Positions 46,531 through 64,000 of a stretch of DNA of 64,000 nucleotides are shown here, one piece after another. The stretch is from Eledone cirrhosa (lineage: Eukaryota). Under the pieces are notes generated by a model that saw nothing but the letters and a program-made list of their open reading frames with translations, did no database searches and was not told where the DNA came from. The DNA lies in NCBI GenBank assembly GCA_964016885.1, contig CAXHJY010000956.1, forward strand, positions 1 through 64,000, read 5' to 3'. The translations under genes and the position numbers were made by a program. How positions within the stretch are numbered: the stretch's first letter is position 1; each line of letters starts with the position of its first letter.

Positions 46531-46531
<1 letters not shown>
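45578..46531 (+). repeat. Nine tandem 91-95 bp family A units, each with an HHR motif, plus the element 3' tail
   Basis: Unit starts at 45582, 45677, 45772, 45867, 45958, 46049, 46140, 46231 and 46326; the last unit continues into the tail shared with 14380-14487 and 54290-54399. Confidence 0.95.
45614..45649 (+). ncRNA. Minimal type I HHR motif, U3:A8 variant (first of nine)
   Basis: CUU-UUGAAAA-GCAG(AAGUA)CUGC-GAA-ACCGGU-A-AAG. Confidence 0.72.
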
Positions 46532-46608
<77 letters not shown>

Positions 46609-46884
46609 CACTATCTTTTAAATTGCCTTGTCCGACGAACGAATGAGGACGTTTTTTGTATTCGTCTTATTCGGAAATCCTCTGGTAATGAGGTAATTAT
46701 ATTGTATTGTTTATTATACATTATATATATATATACAATATATTAGTAAATGGAAACTATTGATAAAACCATATTTATTTTATTATATATATTTCAAGGG
46801 CAACAAGTTATAAAAATGTTTAAGCTTGTTGAATCCCAACAAATTAAATATAACCGCTGCATATATATATATATATATATATAT

Positions 46885-47062
46885 AGTTATAATTTGGGAG
46901 GGCAATACTGCCAATAAAAACACACGCACCTGTTGGTTTTCACCTCAATTTATTATAAGTTTTATAAGTTTCCGTTTGGTTCGTTGGTTGGTTCAATAAC
47001 CGGAAGGTTGTTTATATAGGGTCAAAGCTCTTTCGTCACACATTCTGTGACCTCTTCAGTGA
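46885..47062 (-). ncRNA. Family E element with type I HHR motif (47022-47062)
   Basis: UCA-CUGAAGA-G-GUCACA(GAAUG)UGUGAC-GAA-AG(AG)CU-U-UGA; its 3' end CCCTCCCAA..TATAAC(TA)n is shared with fragments near 3165-3200, 51518-51555 and 59480-59516. Confidence 0.72.
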
Positions 47063-47169
47063 ATAGGTTTTTATTTTGTGTTCCTCCTTTCTTCTGTCCT
47101 ACATCATCTTGTTTTTGTGATTTGTGATTTACATGCAAGCTAAGATATTTATTTATTTATGGTTTTATT

Positions 47170-47340
47170 TTCTTCTTCTTCTTCTTCTTCTTCTTCTTCT
47201 TCTTCTTCTTCTTCTTCTTCTTCTTCTTGTCTTCTTCTTCTTCTTGTCTTCTGTCTTCTTCTTCTGCCTTCTTCTTCTTCTTCTTCTTCTTCTGTTTCTT
47301 CTTGTCTTCTGTCTTCTTCTTCTTCTGCCTTCTTCTTCAG
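47170..47340. repeat. (TTC)n microsatellite
   Basis: Direct reading. Confidence 0.95.
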
Positions 47341-47635
47341 AAATGAAGACCACAAGAGAGATACAGAAAAGAACCCAACCAAGCCCAGATCTCACCCTAC
47401 ACTACACCACCTCACGACACTCCACCACCTCCACCCTACACTCCCCACCCTCGCCGCACTCCCCACCACCACCCTACACACCCACCCTCCCCAACCCCCT
47501 CTAGGAGTTGTTACCATGCCAAATATTCTATCTCTGTCCAATGGTTTGGCACCATTCGGATTACTTTTCACTGCCTTTTTTTTCTGGTTCCGTCGGAAAC
47601 TTTTTTCACCTCTGAACATCTGATATTTGTTTCGT

Positions 47636-47674
47636 CTACTACTGCCACTACTACTACTACCACTACTACTACTG

Positions 47675-47732
<58 letters not shown>

Positions 47733-48072
47733 CACTACTACTATTGTCACTACTGCTACTACTACTACCACTACTACTATTGCCACTACTACTACTAGTA
47801 GTACTACTACCACTACTATTACTGCCACTACTACTACTACTACTACTGCTACTACTGCTAATACCACTACTACTACAACTGCTACTACTGCTGCTATTAC
47901 TACTACTACTAGTATTAGCAGCAGTAGCAATAGTAGTAGCAGCAGCAGCAGTAATAGTGGTAATAGTAGTAGTATTAGTAGCAGCAGTAGTAGTGGGGGT
48001 GGGGGTATTAGTAGTAATAGCAGTACCAGCAGCAGCAGTAGTTGTAGTTGTAGTAATTGTTGAAGTACCCGC

Positions 48073-48114
<42 letters not shown>

Positions 48115-48195
48115 AGTTGTAGTAGTTGCAGTACCAGTAGTAGCAGCAGTAGTAATGGTGGTGGTGGTGGTGGTAGAAGTAGTAGTAGTAGCACC

Positions 48196-48233
<38 letters not shown>

Positions 48234-48235
48234 CA
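47636..48235. repeat. (CTA)n tract abutting a complementary (TAG)n tract
   Basis: Strand switch near 47909. Confidence 0.92.
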
Positions 48236-48586
48236 ATAAAATCGGTTGAGAAGACGTAACAAAAATGGCGCCAAGCAAAAAAATGTATTTAATGAAGAGA
48301 AATATAAAACGAGGGGACAAGATATATATATATATGTGTGTGTGAGTGTATGTACAATATGTACATATATATATATGTGTATGTGTGTGCGTTTTTGTGT
48401 GTGTGTGTTTATATATGTGTGTGTGAATATATATATACATCTTTAATTCAAGCACATATATATGTATGTATGTGTGTGAGTTATATATATATATTTATAT
48501 ACATATATACTCACGATTACGAGCTGAGGATCCGCTAAGGTGAAACATTTATTCTCGGTATGGTGAACTAACAGTTGTGTAAGATA

Positions 48587-51518
<2,932 letters not shown>

Positions 51519-51577
51519 TTGTTATACTTTGGGAGGGTCATGTTCCCAATAAGAAACACACTAAACAAATTCAGAAA

Positions 51578-51655
<78 letters not shown>

Positions 51656-51656
51656 G

Positions 51657-51711
<55 letters not shown>

Positions 51712-52071
51712 ACACTACTCTATAAAAAATATATAATATTGAGTTTTGATTTGTGACTGGAGGAGTCAAATGTACACACTGCTTCTTCTTCTTGTTATTG
51801 TTGTAGTTGTGTTGTTGTTGTTGTGATTCTTTGAACACCGTTGTTGTTATTGTTGCTGTTGTGTGTGTTGTTGTTGCTGCTGTTTGTGTTGTTGTAATGG
51901 TTCTAACTCCCTGTTGTAGTTGTTATTAAAGATGCGGTTGTCGTTGTTTTTTTGGCTCATGTTGTATTTTCGTGTTGTTGATGTTGTTCCTACTACTACT
52001 TCTACTACTACTACTACTGATGATGATGATAGTACTACTACTACAGCTACTATTCCCTCTACTACTGCCAA

Positions 52072-52257
52072 TTATAATTGTTTCTACTTTTGGCACAAGG
52101 CCAGCAATTACCCCAGTGTATTACTGGTACTTTATTTTATCGACCCCCGTAAGGATGAAAGGCAAAGTTGACCTCGGCGGGATTTGAACTGAGAATGGCA
52201 AGGGCCGTAACCCTATGCGTCAAAGCATGGCGTCCGACCCTCTACCGATTCTGCCAA
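52072..52257 (-). mobile_element. Meta-domain SINE
   Basis: Reverse complement of the family consensus. Confidence 0.87.
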
Positions 52258-52629
52258 ATAATAATACCATCACTACTACTACTACTACTACTACCACTAC
52301 TACCACTACTACTACTACTACTGCTACTGCTACTACTACTACTATGACCTCCACTACTGCTAATAACAAAAATTATAATTATTGTATTAATATATTTGAT
52401 ATATATGTGTGTGTGTGTGTGTGTGTGGGTGTGGGGGTGCGTCTGTGTCTGTGTGCGAGTGGGAGAGCGTGTGTGTGTGTATGTTATTAATGTGGTGGTG
52501 GCGTCCTTGTTGGTGGTTTAATCCCCACCGGAAGTAGTTATACATGTCTTTTTTCCGGTGTCGATAAAATAACTAATATACAATATTTGGGGAAAGGACT
52601 GGGGGGGGGTGTCTGTTCTCTCTAATATT

Positions 52630-53190
52630 CTTGATGATGATGATGGTGATGAATATAGTGATGATGATGATGATGGATATGAGGATGGTGATGATGGTGA
52701 TGATGGTGATGATGGTAACGGTGATGACGATGATGATGATGATGATGATGAGAGTTCTGATGGCGACGGCGGAGCATGAAGAAATGATGATGAATTTGAA
52801 GAAGAAGAAGAAGAAGAAGAAGAAGACAAACAAGGCGAAGAAGAAGAAGACAAACAAGGCGAAGAAGGCAAAGAAGAAGGCAAAGAAGAGGACAAACAAG
52901 GCGAAGAAGGCAAAGAAGAAGAAGACAAACAAGGCGAAGAAGAAGAAGAGAGAGAAGAAGGTAAATAAGAAAAAGGCAAAGAAGAAGAAGAAGGCAAAGA
53001 AGAAGAGAGAGAAGAAAAAGGCAAAGAAGAAGAGAGAGAAGAAGAAGGTAAATAAGAAAAAGGCAAAGAAGAAGAAGAAGAAGGCAAAGAAGAAGAGAGA
53101 GAAGAAAAAGGCAAAGAAGAAGAGAAAGAAGAAGAAGAAGAAGAAGAAGAAGAAGAAGAAGAAGGCAAAAAAGAAGAAGAAGAAATGGAT
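52630..53190. repeat. (GAT)n then (GAA)n-derived repeats
   Basis: Direct reading. Confidence 0.92.
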
Positions 53191-53646
53191 GAGGTTTTAT
53201 GATGATGAAAAAGAATTATGAACAGCTACATCAGCGAAAGTAGGACAAACAAGATAATGACGAAGAAGAAGAAGAAAAAGAGGAAGACGGGGAGGGAAAA
53301 TGAAAGAAGAAGAAGGCGAAGAAGGAGGAGGAGAAGAAAAGATCATTGGTTAGATTTATGAGGAATGTTCTGGTAATTATTTCCGACTTTTAAAAGCAAC
53401 AGGTCGTAAATAATCCTCGGTAGCCATCTTTAAAATTAATATATCCTGCTGATGTATGCTCTTTCTCATACAGAATGGATCTAATCCGTTTTCACTTCAG
53501 CGCAGTGAGTTTCTTTAACACATACCTATCTAGCTAGCTATGTATCTATCTATCTATGTGTGTGCGTGTGTATATATATATATATATATATATACATACA
53601 TCAAGCTAACTAACTACATAGCTATGTATCTATCTATATCTATGAA

Positions 53647-53715
<69 letters not shown>

Positions 53716-53782
53716 ATATATATATATATATATACATCAAGCTAACTAACTACATAGCTATGTATCTATCTATCTCTATGAA

Positions 53783-53833
<51 letters not shown>

Positions 53834-53866
53834 CTCTTTCTCTCTTTCTCTTTCTCTCTCTCTCTC

Positions 53867-54153
<287 letters not shown>

Positions 54154-54218
54154 ATATATATATATATAATTGTTGAAGGGCTGCAGGTAAATGCGTGCGT
54201 AGCGGTATGGTGGTTGAG

Positions 54219-54399
54219 CAACTCTACTTTTGAAAAGCAGAAGAACTGTGAAACCGGTAAAGGAACCAAATAAATATATATATATTTTTTTTAAAAAGAC
54301 TCCAGCTGCATTTTCGATATCATCTTTTTTCCTTATACTTTCACTCGTGTAGGACACCTCGGTTATTTTCCATTTTGTAAAAAATACCTCACTTTCTAA
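54219..54399 (+). mobile_element. Solo family A element with HHR motif at 54227-54262
   Basis: Same U3:A8 core; stem II GCAG/CUGU; ends CTCACTTTCTAA(TA)n. Confidence 0.85.
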
Positions 54400-54577
54400 T
54401 ATATATATATATATTTAATACATTAACAGAGAAAGCTTTAAGCAATACTACGACCTGCTTCCGTCTCACTCAACAAATATTAGGATATACCTTAGTATAA
54501 TCCCAATTATACGTTTGGGTGCTAACTATACGTATTTTGCGGATAGCCAGTTGTATTATTTTATATGAGACATATAA

Positions 54578-54764
54578 GGGCGGTGGATTGGCTGTATCGG
54601 TAGAGGGTCGGACGCCATGCTTTGACGCATAGAGTTACGGCCCTTGCCATTCTGAGTTCAAATCCCGCCGAGGTTAACTTTGCCTTTCATCCTTACGGGG
54701 TCGATAAAATAAAGTACCAGTAATACACTGGATAATTGCTGGCCTTGTGCCAAAAGTAGAAACA
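54578..54764 (+). mobile_element. Full Meta-domain SINE with ~20 bp TSD
   Basis: ATTATTTTATATGAGACATA at 54555-54574 and 54765-54784. Confidence 0.9.
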
Positions 54765-55149
54765 ATTATTTTATATGAGACATAATTAAAATACATCTCT
54801 CTTTCCAAACAATCGTTTCATTATAAGTTTTCTACAAATTGGGAAAATAATGTCCAGGTTATGTAGAAGCCTATATATATACAGAGAGAGAGAGGGACAT
54901 ACCTACCAACAGGCAGACCATACAGAGAGCAAGTCATACAGACACAGACAGAAGTATGATAGGTATAATCGAAAGGTCAAATTGGTCTATCTACACCATA
55001 TAGGTTTTATATATTTTGCTGACATCCATTAAGTTTCCTTTTAACACACTCGACATTTTAGATTATTTAGCATTTTATCTTTCTAGTTATTGAAGAGGAA
55101 TGGATCTATGTTCATTGTTGATTTTTGTATATATATTTTTTCAATATAT

Positions 55150-58074
<2,925 letters not shown>

Positions 58075-58418
58075 AATGGTTAAAAATTATACCGAACACA
58101 CATACACGCGCACACAGTCAGATACACAGACGCACACACACACACTCAGACACTTACACAGGTACACACTCATGCACGCACACGCACATACACAGACACA
58201 GACAAACACACACACACATGCACTCACATACACACATACAAATTCTACTTCGTTGAGGTTTATCTCCCCTCTTGTAACTCTTTAATATATATTTATCATG
58301 CAATGCATTTTTTCAAAATGGTTGACTAACTCTAAGCTTGTTTCCCTCGTCCAAACATTTTTCCCATTCTTTTATCTTTTCTCCTTTAAACTAGTCTGTC
58401 GTTTTAATTCTAATTCTC

Positions 58419-58530
58419 TCTTCTGATGAAGGACAAACGTCTGAAACGTTATGACTCATTTCCTGTCATATCAAGTATTAAACTAATATATATTTTCATT
58501 ATACTCTCTGTTCTCACGTTTAGTTGATTA
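58419..58530 (+). ncRNA. Family B element with HHR motif (58419-58454)
   Basis: UCUU-CUGAUGA-A-GGAC(AAAC)GUCU-GAAA-CG-UU-AUGA; ends at (TA)n. Confidence 0.7.
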
Positions 58531-58570
58531 TATATATATATATATATATATATATAAGATCACCTCCTAC

Positions 58571-58652
<82 letters not shown>

Positions 58653-58796
58653 GTTGATTGTGTTAGTGTGTGTGTGTATGTGTATGTGTATCGAATCTCA
58701 CTGATGAGTTTTCGACCTAGGTGTATATAAACTATATATCCTTAGGTTCAAATGCATGGACTTTAGTAAATTCATATGTGAATATATATATATATA

Positions 58797-58830
<34 letters not shown>

Positions 58831-58833
58831 ATA

Positions 58834-59240
58834 GGGCGGTGAATTGGCAGTATCGGTAGAGGGTTGGACGTCATGCTTTCTTGCATAGTTACGTCCCTTT
58901 ATGGTCTGAGTTCAAATCCCGTCGAGGTTAACTTTGCCTTTCATCCTTACGGGATCGATAAAATAAAGTACCAGTAATGTACTGGGTAATTGCTGGCCTT
59001 GTGCCAATAGTAGAAACAATTATTATTATATATATATTATATATTATATATATTAGGGCGGTAGATTGGCAGTATCGGTAGAGGGTCGGACGTCATGCTC
59101 TGACGCATAGAGTTATGGCCCTTGCCATTCTGAGTTCTAATCCCGCCGCGGTTAACTTTGCCTTTCATCCTTACCGGGTTGATTAATAAAGTACCAGTAA
59201 TACACTGAGATAATTGTGCCAAAAATAGAAACAATTATTA
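58834..59240 (+). mobile_element. Two adjacent full Meta-domain SINEs (58834-59028, 59056-59240)
   Basis: Head, B box, core and (ATT)n tails. Confidence 0.88.
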
Positions 59241-59606
59241 TATATATTATATTATATATATATATGTATATTTTTATGTATGTATGTAGGTATGTATGTA
59301 AGTATATATACTCTGGGATATTAAACCTAACGGTCACGTCAAAGCTTATATATGCATATATATATATATATATATGCTTTATATATATATATGCACTAGG
59401 ATATACGAGTGATTTTCTATGAAAATACATACACACACACACTTACTTAGTACGTGCATATATATATATATATATTTCGTTCTTATTGGCAACATGACCC
59501 TCCCAAGTATAACAATATATATATATTTATTATACATATATATATATATACACGTATATTGTTGTGTATATCTATCTATCTCTCTCTCTCTCTCTATATA
59601 TATATA

Positions 59607-59658
<52 letters not shown>

Positions 59659-59671
59659 TATATATATATAA

Positions 59672-59870
59672 TATTTTATAGAAGGAGCTTCTACAGGACT
59701 AGTACTGTTTCATTTCAGATGAAATCTTCAGGGGCTTCTGAAGATTTCAGCTGAATGAAACAGTACTAGTCCCTGTAGAAGCTCCTTCTATAAAATAAAA
59801 AAAATGTACTCTGCCATGTATTGAGTACCTTACTTACTGTGGTTATCCCCAACTCAACCCGGGACCTACG
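59672..59870. mobile_element. Family D fold-back element with two CUGAAGA HHR motifs
   Basis: Arms 59672-59731 and 59738-59798; both carry CUGAAGA-UUUC..GAA-ACAG..CUGU-A-GAAGC. Confidence 0.78.
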
Positions 59871-59987
59871 TATATATATAATATATATATATATATACTG
59901 ATATATATATATATATATACTGATATATATATTATATATACTAATATATATATTATATATACTGATATATATATGTATATACACACA

Positions 59988-60039
<52 letters not shown>

Positions 60040-60231
60040 ATATAATTTATTGATGGGGTTATTTTGACTTTTATTGGCTGATAGTTTAAGACATCGAATG
60101 ACATGTATTTCTTTTCTTATCGCAAATTAAGTCTTGTTCAATGCTTTCGCCGCTATTCAAAATGGCGAACAGCACTATCGTTTCAAATAACTACGCTCAT
60201 ATATATCCAAATACATACACACGCACACACG

Positions 60232-60296
<65 letters not shown>

Positions 60297-60380
60297 GCAC
60301 ATATAGATACATGTTCAATCACATATACTTATACATATACATACTGGTTCGTACAAGAACATATATACATATATCCGAAT

Positions 60381-60411
<31 letters not shown>

Positions 60412-60432
60412 AATATATATACATACATATAA

Positions 60433-60489
<57 letters not shown>

Positions 60490-60527
60490 CCTGTATGTAT
60501 ATGTATAAATATATTTGTGATTGAACA

Positions 60528-60585
<58 letters not shown>

Positions 60586-61180
60586 TATACATACATGTTC
60601 AATCACAAATATGTTTACACATGTACATACTGATTCATATAAAAACACACATTAATACAAACACAGACACATATACACACACTGGTCCATACACAAATAT
60701 AGATACATATATACATACAGGTTCATACACAAACATATACATATATATACACGCAAGTTCATACGCTAATATATATACACATACGCACACACATATACGC
60801 ATACACAGACATATATGCATACAGGCGCATACACACACATATATACTTATATACACACAGACACTTACACAAACACACATATATATACACAAGCACATTC
60901 TAAAACACTTATACACAAGCCCATACACAAACAGATATTCACACAGACGCTTAACCACATATGTACACATATACACACAGATTCATAAACAAAGATATAT
61001 ACACATATTTACACACAGACATATTTACACACAGGCGCATACTCAAACATGTATACACGCAGGTGTATACACAAAGATATATATACACGCGCATAAACAA
61101 AAACACAGAACAAAGACTGGCCGACTAATTCACACAGAAACCGAGATATGTATATATATGTGTATATATGTATGTGTATG

Positions 61181-61250
<70 letters not shown>

Positions 61251-61279
61251 GAGAGACAGAGGGAGAGATAGGTATACAC

Positions 61280-61354
<75 letters not shown>

Positions 61355-61429
61355 TATACATTTATATTAGCATTTATTGTGTTTATTGTGTTAATATGTG
61401 ATGAAATGTATGTCTGTGTTTATGCATGG

Positions 61430-63745
<2,316 letters not shown>

Positions 63746-64000
63746 AATACCATCTAACACAAACGCCATTTAACAAAATGTCCGACGCACAATTCTTAAC
63801 TGCTGTTTGGCCTTTTCGCTGACAGTTTTATTGAGTGGCCGGCAAACATAAATATACATCGTATATGAAGGCAATTTGTCTATAACTGTAAAGCTTGCCA
63901 ATGTTTTGTTCTCCATAATCGATATTGTGCTTCTCTTCGGCTTTCAATTTATTGGTCTCTATCTACTGTCTGTGATAGCCCTATAGCTTTATATACAACA

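Noticed and set aside
52631-53221. Lysine-rich ORF resembling histone H1 or protamine-like tails
   Set aside because: It is built from (GAT)n and (GAA)n repeats with no globular domain.
58701-58760. CTGATGA followed by a long hairpin
   Set aside because: No GAAA/UH at the expected position; at best a heavily decayed motif.

Overview
A very AT-rich, microsatellite-dominated animal genomic window. The SINE content suggests a cephalopod such as Octopus (inference). No host gene is confidently supported, and almost all long ORFs in the track are translations of (TA)n, (CA)n or trinucleotide repeats. The non-microsatellite islands are mostly mobile-element debris: about 15 tRNA-derived Meta-domain SINE copies, two CORE/V-type SINEs, two L1/Tx1-type LINE copies with twin-priming 5' inversions and TSDs, CR1 and RTE fragments, an internally deleted RTE with a twister-like 5' fold, and a non-autonomous Helitron. 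The main hidden signal is RNA-structural. At least six sequence-distinct families of short elements carry type I hammerhead ribozyme (HHR) motifs, typically end at (TA)n tracts and often occur as head-to-head fold-backs, resembling Penelope-like element pLTRs. One family has a compensatory U3:A8 catalytic core and a palindromic stem III, and is amplified into nine tandem 91-95 bp units at 45578-46531, a very small retrozyme-like array. All folds were made by eye and no activity is demonstrated.
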